Of a DNA stretch of 63,974 nucleotides, positions 29,544-39,616 are shown one piece after another. The DNA lies in the IMG/VR virus record IMGVR_UViG_3300016484_000411, positions 1-63,974 of that record; one strand, 5' to 3'. Source of the DNA: a virus (taxonomy: Duplodnaviria > Caudoviricetes). A program made the position numbers and the translations under genes. Within the stretch, counting starts at the first letter, position 1. Each line of letters begins with the position of its first letter. The notes under the pieces were generated by a model. The model worked only from the letters and a program-made list of their open reading frames with translations, had not been told where the DNA came from and ran no database searches.

Positions 29544-30584
29544 ATGGCTTTACCTAAAAAAAGAAAAACTGATATACAAATTAAGAGTGTAGACCCTCAA
29601 GGTGGTCCAGCTCACTGGGTAGATCAGTTTATTGAAAAAAATAAACAGTTTTTACCTAGGTCAGTAGATTTAACGGACCTTGATGCAGGATTTGTTGACT
29701 TTGTTAATAATGATTTAGAAATAGTTGTGGAAGGTGAAAGAATACCTGTACATTTTTTAACATTACAAAGATGGAATGAGTTCGCTAAAACTTGGCAAAA
29801 TACCGATAAATATAAAAATTTAAAAATACCATTTGTTTCTGTTGTTAGAAGACCTAACCCAGAAACTGGAACAAATCCGGCTGATTTTAAAATACCAGTA
29901 AGAAAAAGTTTTCCTTATATGACAATCCCTGTTTGGAACGGGAATCGTAAGGGTGCTGATATATATAGTATCCCTAACCCAGTTGGTGTGGATATGATTT
30001 ATACTGTAAGATTTTTTACTTATAAAATGAGGGAATTGAATAAATTACATCAAAAGATATTACAAACTTTTGCTTCAGCACAAGCTTATGTTAATATTAA
30101 AGGTCACTATTTCCCTATTTTATTAGAAAGTATTGGTGATGAAAGTCAAATAGATAATTTAGATGGTAAAAGGTTTTATGTTCAAACTTACGAAATGAGA
30201 TTACAAGGTTATATTGTAGACAGTGAAGAATTTGATATTAAACCAGCCGTAAATAGAGCTTTTCTTAGTATTGAGGTTGACCAGAAAAAACCTAGACCAG
30301 TTGCTAGATTTATTAAAGATGACACTAATAATGACCAAACAATATCTTGTGTTATACAATTTTTACCTGCTTCACAAACTCAAATCTCTTTTGGTATTGA
30401 GAATGCGATTGAATTCTCATCAATACAACTTAAAAATGTTACTGTTTATACTATAACTAAAAATGGTTCCCCTGTTACATTCCCATTCAGTGTTGCTGAG
30501 ACCGATGTAATTTACCTTAGTATAGTTAAAGAAGATTCAACAAAAATTAGTGAAATAATACTTAGAGGTTTAGTAATAATATAA
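29544..30584 (+). CDS. Tail terminator/sheath stabiliser (T4 gp15-like)
   Basis: IPV..L..QRW, PFVSVVR, P..VD..Y.V..T...ELN; synteny. Confidence 0.55.
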   Translation: MALPKKRKTDIQIKSVDPQGGPAHWVDQFIEKNKQFLPRSVDLTDLDAGFVDFVNNDLEIVVEGERIPVHFLTLQRWNEFAKTWQNTDKYKNLKIPFVSVVRRPNPETGTNPADFKIPVRKSFPYMTIPVWNGNRKGADIYSIPNPVGVDMIYTVRFFTYKMRELNKLHQKILQTFASAQAYVNIKGHYFPILLESIGDESQIDNLDGKRFYVQTYEMRLQGYIVDSEEFDIKPAVNRAFLSIEVDQKKPRPVARFIKDDTNNDQTISCVIQFLPASQTQISFGIENAIEFSSIQLKNVTVYTITKNGSPVTFPFSVAETDVIYLSIVKEDSTKISEIILRGLVII

Positions 30585-33500
30585 TGGCAAATAATTCATT
30601 CGGTACTAATAGTAATGTAGTACAATATTTTGTTGTACAACCAGACCAGGTAATAACAGGTTCCACAGGAGACTTTTATGTTTGTAATGGTACGTTATAT
30701 TCTAAAGAAATTAATGGTTGTGACGATAGGGTACTTATAAATAATAACATATTCTACAATACAAGTGAGGTCGTATTTAATTCTACTATAACTGCTTGTG
30801 ATGGAGTTTATACTTCAAACTTATATGGGTGTTCACCAATTAGAATACATGATACATCTTATTTCTTAAAAGATTTATATGTTATTAATGGTTATACAAC
30901 CTTAAGTGCTACAACCGCTAGTACATTAAATTTAACACAAATACCAGTTGTTAATAATTCTGCTACACAAATTTTAACAAGAAACATCACAACTGGTAAT
31001 GTAGAATATCGTGATGTAAATACAATAATTACAGAAGCTGTACCTTATGTAACTGGTGGTACTTATAACCCAGAGACTAACATAATTTCTTTAGAAAATA
31101 GTGATGGTTCAGTTGTAAACATTACAGGTGTTACAGATACATATGTTAGTGGTTTAACACTAAATGGTAACATTCTAGAGTTATCTAGAAATGAAGGGTT
31201 ACCGATACTTTCAGTAGACCTAACTTCAATAGTTAGTGGTGATACAAATACATATACGACTGGGTTTACATATAATAACAATAGATTAGTAATATCACAA
31301 AATAATGGAATTCCAGACATCGAGGTTTATATAAATGAATTTTCTGGTTTAACTATTAACGGTAATTTAAATGTTATAAATTCTATAAGTGCTACAACTT
31401 ATTATGGTGATGGCTCTAATTTAACAGGCATATCTAGTTCAGATAATTATGTAACTGGCGGAACTTATTCAAATGGGAGTTTAATTTTAAATAGACAAAA
31501 TGGTAGTGTAACAATTAATGGATTATCTACAGGGTATACATTAACGTCTTCAGAAATTAATTCGGTTTTAGGTTATACACCTTTATCAGCATTTACTATT
31601 ACATCATCGGAAATAATTACAGCATTAGGTTATACACCTTTATCAGCTTACACAGATAGTTATGTAACTGGTTTCACATATTCAAATAACTTATTAACAA
31701 TTTCACAAAATCAGGGATTGTCTGATTTGATTGTTAACATATCTGGTGTAACTAATATACAAAATTTAATCACAGTTGGTTTACCAGGTAGTAACACTGA
31801 TTTTAATTCAATTAAATCTGCTGTAAATAGTATCACAGATGCATCACCTAATAACACATATGTTGTTAAGGTAGGTCCTGGTGTATTTTATGAAGACACT
31901 ATAATAATGAAATCTTATGTGGATGTAGTTGGTGAGAGTGAGACTAATACTATTATACAAGCAAATGACCCAAACACATCTTTAATTATAGGTGCCGACC
32001 AATCAATGGTTAATAATGTACAAATACAGGGTTGTACTGGTACAGGTGTGTCAGCGGTTTATTATTCATCACCAACAACGCCACAATTAAATGCTATTTT
32101 CTATGTTGAGAATGTGAGATTTGGTTCTAACTATACACATGCTAAAGTTGTTGGTACTTCAGGTGGTAACTGTATTATGCAATGTTCAAACGTTAAATAT
32201 GGTGGTTATCCTTTCACATTAGGTTTTTATGTAACAAATGATGGTTCAGGTATAGGTAGAATGCAATTAAGGAATGTTACATCAACTAACGGGGGTGTGT
32301 CAACTACATCTGGATTAGTATTTGCTAAATCTGACCAACCAGGTTGTGCTTTTATTGTTAATGGAGCTTTATTAACAAAATCTGTAGGTACACCTTCTGG
32401 TATTGGATTCTGGATAGAGAATGGTGGTGTATTAAGAGCGACATCAGTAAACTTACAAAGATGGTCAACAGGACTTTATGTACCAAATGTTGGTTCAGCT
32501 CCTAGTATTGATGCTTTAACTCTTAATTTTGAGGGATGTACTATTGATGTTAACATAGAACACCCTTCTACAACAGGTAAATTACTTGGTACTGATAATT
32601 ATAGTAAAACTATAATCCCTTTAAATGCGCCAATATACGAGGTTGGTGAGGACCCTAGGGTTATAACTGTATCTAAAAAAGGTGGTGATTTTACATCGAT
32701 TAAATCAGCGGTGGATTCTATTACTGGTAGTTCTAAAAGTAATAGGTACTTAGTTAAAGTAGGTCCTGGAATATTTAATGAGCAAACAATTAATTTAACA
32801 AATAAACCTTATATTAGTGTTGAGGGTAGTGATATTCAAATTACTATTGTTACACCACAAAATACTAATCAAACAATTTTTGAATTAGGTACAGATAATG
32901 AGTTGTCATTTATGACAATAAGTGGTGCTACAAGTGGTATTGGTATTAGTTGTAACGATATAGATGGGTTCTCATTAATACATAAAGTATCTATGTATGA
33001 TAATGATACTCACGTTTGGGTACAGTCTTCTAATTATAGTACAACATTCTACGGTGAATATTTAGATATTAATGGAGAATTTACTTATGGTGTTAGATCA
33101 TCCGCTAATAATTCTATCCCATCTATAGTAAGTTTAGAAAACTATTTTACTTTCCCTACAAGTACTGGTAACACTATATCTAGTTTAATAGAGGGAGATG
33201 GATCATCACTTTCAGTTATAGGTGGTATTATACAAGGTAATTCATCAACTAATTCAATAGGGGTACAAATTAAAGACGGTGGTTATTTTAACTGTTCTGC
33301 GGTTGACATTAATTATTGGGATTATGGTATTAACATACCAAATATAGGTCAACCGACTAGGTTTGAGTTGGATTCTACCAATTTAAATAATAATACCACT
33401 AAAGATTTTTTAATAGAACAATCTTCATCTTCTGGTAGATTTCAAGGAGCTTCACACCATACTAAAATTGATAGTATTAGTAATGATTTCTTTTGGTTGT

Positions 33501-35455
33501 TTTTGGATAATAATGATGGTGAATTAGAGATTACTAGAAAAGCATCAGTAACCTTTAGTGATGGTACACATACAGATTTTACCACATTACTTTTTGAGGG
33601 GTCTACTATGGGTCTTATGAGTGGTGGTGAAATAAATATTGTTAGTGGTTTTACTATTAGTACAGCTACAGGTTTTGGTTATTTAGCTAAAACGTTATCA
33701 CCTGACATACATTCAAGAATAGACTGGGTAGATTCACAAATCACTTTAAACCCAGATGAGAATAAATATATTTACATAAATGAAAATGGTATTTTATCTA
33801 GTTCTGGAACTAGGCCTAACAGTATTAACAATATAGTATTAGGTAGAGTAGTCACAAATTCTACTGAAGTATTATTTATTGATTTAAGTCCGGCACATTC
33901 AGATCATACATCAAACAGATATGGTAACTTATTTAGAGAAGCTATGGGACCTATTTATGCTTTTGGTTCTATAGTTACTGAAAATGTTACCCCATTTAAT
34001 CTTGATATTACTGGTGGTGAATATTACTACTCTACAAGTGAATTCACACCTACAGGCGGTACCGCAATTTCATTCACACAATATTATAGAAATGGTTTAG
34101 GTGGGTGGATTACTTCGGCAACAACTGAAGTTTTTCAAGGATATGATGATAATAGTGGTACGTTATCACCACTGACTTTATCAGCTTTTACTAAACATAC
34201 ATTATATCTTGTGGGTGATGGTTCATACGAAAAATACTTTTTAGTTTTAGGACAAAATGAATATCCTACATTAATACAAACCGAAAACGCTTTATTACCA
34301 ACCCCACCAACATTTTTTACGGATTCTGTAAGTCAGATTGCCAATATATACATACAACAAGGGAACTCAAATATTATTCAAATTGAGGATATAAGACCGA
34401 CTATTGGATTTAGATCTGGTGGTGTAAACGCATCATCTATACATGGTAATTTATTAGGTTTAGGGTCTGACGACCATACCCAATACCTTTTAGTTAATGG
34501 TGGTAGGTCTATGGCGGGTAACCTTGATATGGGGGGTAATAATATTAGTAATGTTAACACAGTTGATGGTGTAGATGTCTCTTCACACTCAATAAGACAT
34601 AAATTTGGTGGTGATGACCCTATAGGTTCGACTATACCAGGTCCTAATTATATACCATATGCTGATGTTACTGGAACTTTAGATAGTTGGGTTTCAACGG
34701 CAACAACAACTACGTTTGGTAGGGTTAAGTTAAGTACTATCCCTATAACACCATCAAACCCTATAGCTATAGGTGATAATGATATTAGAGTATCTAAATC
34801 CATAACAGGTGGAACATATTCTTCAGGTACATTAATACTTAAAAGTGTTTCTTCTGGGGACGTAAATATAACTGGGTTTACTACACAATTTACAGGTGGT
34901 ACTGTACAAAATCAAACAAATTTTAGTAACAATATAGTTGTGTCGGGTACGTCAACTCTTATTGGGTCTGTTACTTTTACAAATATATCTGGTGGAACTT
35001 ATTATGGTGATGGTTCTAATTTGACTGGACTTAATATTTATAATTTAACTGGTGGTACTGAAGGTAAAATATTAAGTAAAGATTCATCTTCTGATTATGA
35101 TTATAGTTGGAAGTCTTACAATGAGGTTATACAATTACAAATACTATCTGAAGGTAACACAATTAGTGATGGATTTAAAGGGTATCGTTATATAGATAAA
35201 GATATGACAATACATAAAATAACCATGTTAGCCAATTCAGCAGCTACAGTAAATTTTAGAGTAGGTGTTAATGGTACAACAATAGGTACTACAGGTTTAA
35301 CTGGTCAAACAAGTAATGTTGATACCGTGTTATCTGGATGGACAACAAATTTAAATGGTGGTTCATTTATGGAGTTTAATGTAGACTCTTTAGGCACAAT
35401 AAATACATCACAAGGTGTAGTAATATTAATAATAGAAGCTTTTAAAAATATATAA
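30584..35455 (+). CDS. Large mosaic fibre with two pectinesterase-like beta-helix domains
   Basis: Two copies of ITV....DF.SIKSAV.SIT......Y.VKVGPG.F.E; repeated YVTGGTY and TYYGDGSNLTG linkers. Confidence 0.75.
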   Translation: MANNSFGTNSNVVQYFVVQPDQVITGSTGDFYVCNGTLYSKEINGCDDRVLINNNIFYNTSEVVFNSTITACDGVYTSNLYGCSPIRIHDTSYFLKDLYVINGYTTLSATTASTLNLTQIPVVNNSATQILTRNITTGNVEYRDVNTIITEAVPYVTGGTYNPETNIISLENSDGSVVNITGVTDTYVSGLTLNGNILELSRNEGLPILSVDLTSIVSGDTNTYTTGFTYNNNRLVISQNNGIPDIEVYINEFSGLTINGNLNVINSISATTYYGDGSNLTGISSSDNYVTGGTYSNGSLILNRQNGSVTINGLSTGYTLTSSEINSVLGYTPLSAFTITSSEIITALGYTPLSAYTDSYVTGFTYSNNLLTISQNQGLSDLIVNISGVTNIQNLITVGLPGSNTDFNSIKSAVNSITDASPNNTYVVKVGPGVFYEDTIIMKSYVDVVGESETNTIIQANDPNTSLIIGADQSMVNNVQIQGCTGTGVSAVYYSSPTTPQLNAIFYVENVRFGSNYTHAKVVGTSGGNCIMQCSNVKYGGYPFTLGFYVTNDGSGIGRMQLRNVTSTNGGVSTTSGLVFAKSDQPGCAFIVNGALLTKSVGTPSGIGFWIENGGVLRATSVNLQRWSTGLYVPNVGSAPSIDALTLNFEGCTIDVNIEHPSTTGKLLGTDNYSKTIIPLNAPIYEVGEDPRVITVSKKGGDFTSIKSAVDSITGSSKSNRYLVKVGPGIFNEQTINLTNKPYISVEGSDIQITIVTPQNTNQTIFELGTDNELSFMTISGATSGIGISCNDIDGFSLIHKVSMYDNDTHVWVQSSNYSTTFYGEYLDINGEFTYGVRSSANNSIPSIVSLENYFTFPTSTGNTISSLIEGDGSSLSVIGGIIQGNSSTNSIGVQIKDGGYFNCSAVDINYWDYGINIPNIGQPTRFELDSTNLNNNTTKDFLIEQSSSSGRFQGASHHTKIDSISNDFFWLFLDNNDGELEITRKASVTFSDGTHTDFTTLLFEGSTMGLMSGGEINIVSGFTISTATGFGYLAKTLSPDIHSRIDWVDSQITLNPDENKYIYINENGILSSSGTRPNSINNIVLGRVVTNSTEVLFIDLSPAHSDHTSNRYGNLFREAMGPIYAFGSIVTENVTPFNLDITGGEYYYSTSEFTPTGGTAISFTQYYRNGLGGWITSATTEVFQGYDDNSGTLSPLTLSAFTKHTLYLVGDGSYEKYFLVLGQNEYPTLIQTENALLPTPPTFFTDSVSQIANIYIQQGNSNIIQIEDIRPTIGFRSGGVNASSIHGNLLGLGSDDHTQYLLVNGGRSMAGNLDMGGNNISNVNTVDGVDVSSHSIRHKFGGDDPIGSTIPGPNYIPYADVTGTLDSWVSTATTTTFGRVKLSTIPITPSNPIAIGDNDIRVSKSITGGTYSSGTLILKSVSSGDVNITGFTTQFTGGTVQNQTNFSNNIVVSGTSTLIGSVTFTNISGGTYYGDGSNLTGLNIYNLTGGTEGKILSKDSSSDYDYSWKSYNEVIQLQILSEGNTISDGFKGYRYIDKDMTIHKITMLANSAATVNFRVGVNGTTIGTTGLTGQTSNVDTVLSGWTTNLNGGSFMEFNVDSLGTINTSQGVVILIIEAFKNI
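31568..31647 (+). repeat. In-frame tandem duplication, 57-nt period
   Basis: Identical 23-mer ttaggttatacacctttatcagc at 31568 and 31625. Confidence 0.9.
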
Positions 35456-35458
35456 AAA

Positions 35459-37567
35459 ATGAAAACAACGTTAACTTATGATTTTAATAATCAATTAAAC
35501 CCTATTAGTTCTTATAATCAAAATAGTGCTAATACTGGTACAATGATTTTTAAATACACAGATGGATCTGGTGTTAGTTATGTACAACCGGCAAAGAATA
35601 CCCCATATTATATTTATTTACAACAAGGTACTTTACAACAAAACTTTCCACACGTTATTCAGTGGAGTAATGATATAGATTATGTATTTACTGGTGTTGT
35701 TGCAGCATCACAATCATCTTTGTTAATAGGTTTAACAAAGTATCAAAGGTCTACAAATACTTTCACTGCTTTAGGTAGAATTTCTGTTACACCAGCTTTA
35801 GCTGCAGGTGCTAACAAACAAATTGCATCATTTAGAGGGCACTTATATAGACATACAAGTGGTACTGTTGGGGTATCTGGTACAGCTGTAACTGGTCTGG
35901 GATCTACTTTCCAGTCATCTAGAATAGCTACAGGTGCTAGAATAGGTTTTGGATCAACTAACCCTGCCCTAATTACTACATGGTATGAAATATCTACTAT
36001 TTCTTCAGATACATCATTAACCTTATTAACAAACGCCGGAACAATATCTAGTGGGACCCCTTATGTAATAGAAGAGTTACGTGTTTACATTACACACCAA
36101 AGAAGTGCCACATTTAACGCGGCAGGATTAATTGTAGTTAAAGGTTTACATGAAGGTGTTTTCGGAGGTCCAACTGTTATACCTGAGTCAACTACAGTTG
36201 ACAACATTAGGGCCTTTTATAAATTAGACCCTGGTGTTTCTGAAAACCAGTATCCTAATGGTATTGCTATTGATGACCCTATTTCAGATACTGAACAATA
36301 CATTTATGTATATAATAGACCTGTCAACTCAACAACAAACTTAGAGTTTATTAAATATAATACAAGAGCGGCTTTAACTGTGTCAGCTGGTACATCAAAT
36401 AACGCATATGTTTTAAGAACGGGTAGTGTTCTACTTACAGGTACACAATTATTAAGTAGTGTTAGGGTAGCAACAACTTCACATGGTCCAGCTTCAGGTA
36501 ATAAATCTATATATCTATTAACTAGTACTAGGTTATATGCTTGTCCTTTAAATTTAATAACTTCTGGGTCCACCAACTTTTTAGCTTACGCTCACGTACA
36601 TACACCTCCAGGGACTACGAATACATACTCAACGTCAACTTACGGTTATTTTGATTACGCGGGTAGTATTGATACATTTATTACAGCCAATTCAGCTGCA
36701 CCATACCAATGTAACTTAGAAAAATTTGGTGAGGTTTCTAATAGGTATTTTTTCCCTTATATAGGTAGGATTCGAAACGTTTCAACATCTTCAGATGCTG
36801 GTGAGTTTTACACTACTTCTGGGGTTCTCCCTAATATATGGGCTGAAAATGGGATAATGTATTCTGCTGTTGGTGCGGCTGGTAATAATTATTTATACGC
36901 AATACCTATTAATGCTGATAGTGATTATGCTATAAACAATAATCAGTTCGTTACAACGCCAATTATGTATACACCAGGTTGTACACAATTCTATACAGTA
37001 ACTTTAGATTTAGATCAATTTAGTGGGTCAGACCCATTAGGATCAGTTGGTGATAATGTTAGATTATATGTTAGAACCTCTGGTATAAGTGGTAATACTG
37101 GTTCATGGTTAAGGGTTCCAGATAACGGTGACATATCAACTCTAGTTGGGGGTGCTAATCAAATACAAGTAGCTGTAACATGGCAAACTATGGGTATGAT
37201 GGGGTCTTATCCTTGGGTTTACAAAGTAAATGTAACATATGAGGATGGTTCTCAAGATAGTCATTATTTACCTTCACTAGCTAATTCATCAGCTTCAGGT
37301 AGAAATTTCGCTTTCTATCAGGCACAATTATGGAATTCTAACATACCTAACTTACGTATAAGATTATATAATGCTACAACTGGTTTCTTAATACTTGATG
37401 ATGATGTAAATAGTTCTTTATATGGTTCTTGGTCATATTCTAGTGATGGTGGTTCTTCTTGGAACTCTTGGGATAGTTCACAAGATGTGGTTGGTAATTA
37501 CATTAAATATACAGCCAATAGTTTACCGGCAAATACATTAATAAGAGCATTATTAACAATAAGCTAA
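35459..37567 (+). CDS. Putative virion structural protein
   Basis: S/T/G-rich and beta-rich; GTVGVSGTAVTGLGSTF module; in the fibre operon. Confidence 0.65.
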   Translation: MKTTLTYDFNNQLNPISSYNQNSANTGTMIFKYTDGSGVSYVQPAKNTPYYIYLQQGTLQQNFPHVIQWSNDIDYVFTGVVAASQSSLLIGLTKYQRSTNTFTALGRISVTPALAAGANKQIASFRGHLYRHTSGTVGVSGTAVTGLGSTFQSSRIATGARIGFGSTNPALITTWYEISTISSDTSLTLLTNAGTISSGTPYVIEELRVYITHQRSATFNAAGLIVVKGLHEGVFGGPTVIPESTTVDNIRAFYKLDPGVSENQYPNGIAIDDPISDTEQYIYVYNRPVNSTTNLEFIKYNTRAALTVSAGTSNNAYVLRTGSVLLTGTQLLSSVRVATTSHGPASGNKSIYLLTSTRLYACPLNLITSGSTNFLAYAHVHTPPGTTNTYSTSTYGYFDYAGSIDTFITANSAAPYQCNLEKFGEVSNRYFFPYIGRIRNVSTSSDAGEFYTTSGVLPNIWAENGIMYSAVGAAGNNYLYAIPINADSDYAINNNQFVTTPIMYTPGCTQFYTVTLDLDQFSGSDPLGSVGDNVRLYVRTSGISGNTGSWLRVPDNGDISTLVGGANQIQVAVTWQTMGMMGSYPWVYKVNVTYEDGSQDSHYLPSLANSSASGRNFAFYQAQLWNSNIPNLRIRLYNATTGFLILDDDVNSSLYGSWSYSSDGGSSWNSWDSSQDVVGNYIKYTANSLPANTLIRALLTIS

Positions 37568-37568
37568 T

Positions 37569-37709
37569 ATGGAAGATATACTATTTTCTAGAACATTATT
37601 TTTTGTTGGGCCAACAGATGGATTTGTTTCTGGTCCAATACTGGGTATTGAGTCTGTTAACTTATTTTTATTACAAACTTACTATAGAGAACTCATAATT
37701 ATATCTTAA
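37569..37709 (+). CDS. Small hypothetical protein (46 aa), not in ORF track
   Basis: MEDILFSRTLFFVGPTDGFVSGPILGIESVNLFLLQTYYRELIIIS; starts 1 nt after the previous stop. Confidence 0.5.
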   Translation: MEDILFSRTLFFVGPTDGFVSGPILGIESVNLFLLQTYYRELIIIS

Positions 37710-37757
37710 TAGACTTGATATTTCAATTAACGCAAATATTTATATAAAAATAAATTT

Positions 37758-38996
37758 GTGAGTAAAAAGATTAATGCTTTAAAAGTTAATATAGGTCCGT
37801 TACATGGTTTTGATTTTATACCTATATTTGACCCTACCGTTGGTGAAGAAGAACGTATTACCGTAGACAAACTTAAAAGTTATGTTTTATCTGGTTTTAC
37901 TGGTTCTATAACAGGTGGCACAATATCTTCCGCAACTAGATTTACTGGTGGCTTAAGTGCTAACACTTTTAGTATAACTACAACACCAACTAACAATAAT
38001 TTAAATACACAAATATTAACTAGAAATTCAACTAGTGGATCAGTTGAGTATTTAGATTCGTCAGTAATTATTGCTTTAGCGACACCTAAAGGTAACGTTA
38101 ATGAGGTACAATATAATGGTGGTGGTGTATTTAGTGGGGCATCAAATGTTGAAATAAATTCAGGAAATTTACAATTAGTTTCAACAACAGACCCTACCGC
38201 ACCAACAACTGGTAATCTTATTTTATATTCAAAAGATATTGCCGGTAGACAAATGCCTAAATGGATTGGTCCTAGTGGTGTTGACACACCTATACAATCA
38301 AACATAATGTTTAATAATGTTTCGGTTATAAGTCCAGGTGGTGGTACAACTATAAACACCCTTGGGTGTACTGTCACTAATGTGGGTACAGTGTCGAATC
38401 CTAATATCTCAATAACAAACTTAAAGACTCAAACTAGGAGGGTTGTTAACACTTCAGCCACACCTGGTGGTTCATTAGCTTCAACTCGTGTTGACGTTTT
38501 AGAATGTTGGAGGGGTAATGTGGCAGGCCAAGGTGGATTTTTTGTTGTGGCTAGATTTGGTTTAGCTACTTTACAAACTGGTATGAGAATGTTTGTCGGT
38601 TTAACCGATACTGCTCCAACTGCTCCAACTAATATTGACCCAACAACATCTACTACACCAGGTAAAATTGGTATGGCAATAAATGCTAGTACTGGTAACT
38701 GGAACTTAGTTCATAATGTCTCAGGTATAGCACCAACATTAATAGCTTTAGGGGCTAACTTTCCAGTAAATACTACTAATCTTTTAGAACTTATATTATT
38801 TGCTAAACCTAATGATACTGCGGTTTCTTATCGTATAACAAATTTATCTACGAATGCTCAAACTACAGGTACTTTAACAACTAATTTACCACCAACAACA
38901 ACACCATTAGGTAGAACCATATGGGCAACAAACAACGCTACAGCTGCTTCAGTAGCATGGGATTTATCTAGATTCTCATTAGAAACTGATTATTAA
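37758..38996 (+). CDS. Putative fibre protein (GTG start)
   Basis: N-terminus similar to 18870-21194 (IPIFD...ERI); EVQYN.GGVFSG module. Confidence 0.65.
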   Translation: MSKKINALKVNIGPLHGFDFIPIFDPTVGEEERITVDKLKSYVLSGFTGSITGGTISSATRFTGGLSANTFSITTTPTNNNLNTQILTRNSTSGSVEYLDSSVIIALATPKGNVNEVQYNGGGVFSGASNVEINSGNLQLVSTTDPTAPTTGNLILYSKDIAGRQMPKWIGPSGVDTPIQSNIMFNNVSVISPGGGTTINTLGCTVTNVGTVSNPNISITNLKTQTRRVVNTSATPGGSLASTRVDVLECWRGNVAGQGGFFVVARFGLATLQTGMRMFVGLTDTAPTAPTNIDPTTSTTPGKIGMAINASTGNWNLVHNVSGIAPTLIALGANFPVNTTNLLELILFAKPNDTAVSYRITNLSTNAQTTGTLTTNLPPTTTPLGRTIWATNNATAASVAWDLSRFSLETDY

Positions 38997-39006
38997 AAAT
39001 AAAAAC

Positions 39007-39327
39007 ATGGCTTTAATTATTACACCAACAACAGAACAAAAAATTTATGTACAAGGTACAACTATAGAATTACCACAAGTTTATAATAGATTAGAATTTG
39101 TGTGTAGGTCAAATGGTACTACAATAGAAATTACATTTTCTACTTATTTAGATTATTCATCATTTTTAAGAAGGTCATTAGTACCAACAGATTTACCAAC
39201 AAGAACTTTAATTGTTGATATTGATCCATTAACACAAACACAGGGATTAGACTCTGCTCATGAATTAGCTAAATCCTGGTATGAAAGTTTAGGTTATTCG
39301 GTTTCAATAGATTTGGGTTTAATATAA
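39007..39327 (+). CDS. Hypothetical protein (possible fibre accessory)
   Basis: ORF track; follows a fibre gene. Confidence 0.6.
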   Translation: MALIITPTTEQKIYVQGTTIELPQVYNRLEFVCRSNGTTIEITFSTYLDYSSFLRRSLVPTDLPTRTLIVDIDPLTQTQGLDSAHELAKSWYESLGYSVSIDLGLI

Positions 39328-39328
39328 A

Positions 39329-39481
39329 TTATTCATCCCCGTATAAATCTTTTGGTTTAATACATTTTTCTTTTATTAATTTCTCAACAAAAGCGAACAT
39401 TTTTAAACCATTCTTTTCACAATACTCTTTTAATATTTTATGAGTGTTCTCAGTAATTTTTAAATTTTTATCTCTTTTCAT
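39329..39481 (-). CDS. Ribbon-helix-helix-like DNA-binding protein (50 aa), not in ORF track
   Basis: MKRDKNLKITENTHKILKEYCEKNGLKMFAFVEKLIKEKCIKPKDLYGDE: strand KNLKI, helix, G turn, helix. Has its own TATTTAT at 39494-39500. Confidence 0.7.
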   Translation of the reverse strand: MKRDKNLKITENTHKILKEYCEKNGLKMFAFVEKLIKEKCIKPKDLYGDE

Positions 39482-39498
39482 GGTTTTTTAACTATAAA

Positions 39499-39527
39499 TA
39501 TGATAAAAATCATACTTCTATCATACT
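39499..39527. promoter_or_regulatory. Candidate operator with three ATCATA half-sites
   Basis: TATGAT-aaaa-ATCATACT-tct-ATCATACT: an inverted plus a direct repeat, overlapping the RHH promoter motif. Confidence 0.5.
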
Positions 39528-39575
39528 AATTTTATTATTAGAAAATCAAAATAGATTTTTTGGTAAAAAAGATAA

Positions 39576-39582
39576 TATTTAT
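39576..39582 (+). promoter_or_regulatory. TATTTAT putative late promoter of the tail sheath (one of 21 sites listed in findings)
   Basis: The same motif occurs on the coding strand upstream of most structural and endonuclease transcription units. Confidence 0.7.
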
Positions 39583-39616
39583 TAATAAAATAACTATTAA
39601 TAAAAAACAAAATTAA

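Noticed and set aside
15026-38996. Diversity-generating retroelement acting on fibre genes
   Set aside because: No reverse transcriptase and no TR/VR pair with adenine-specific mismatches seen in this window.
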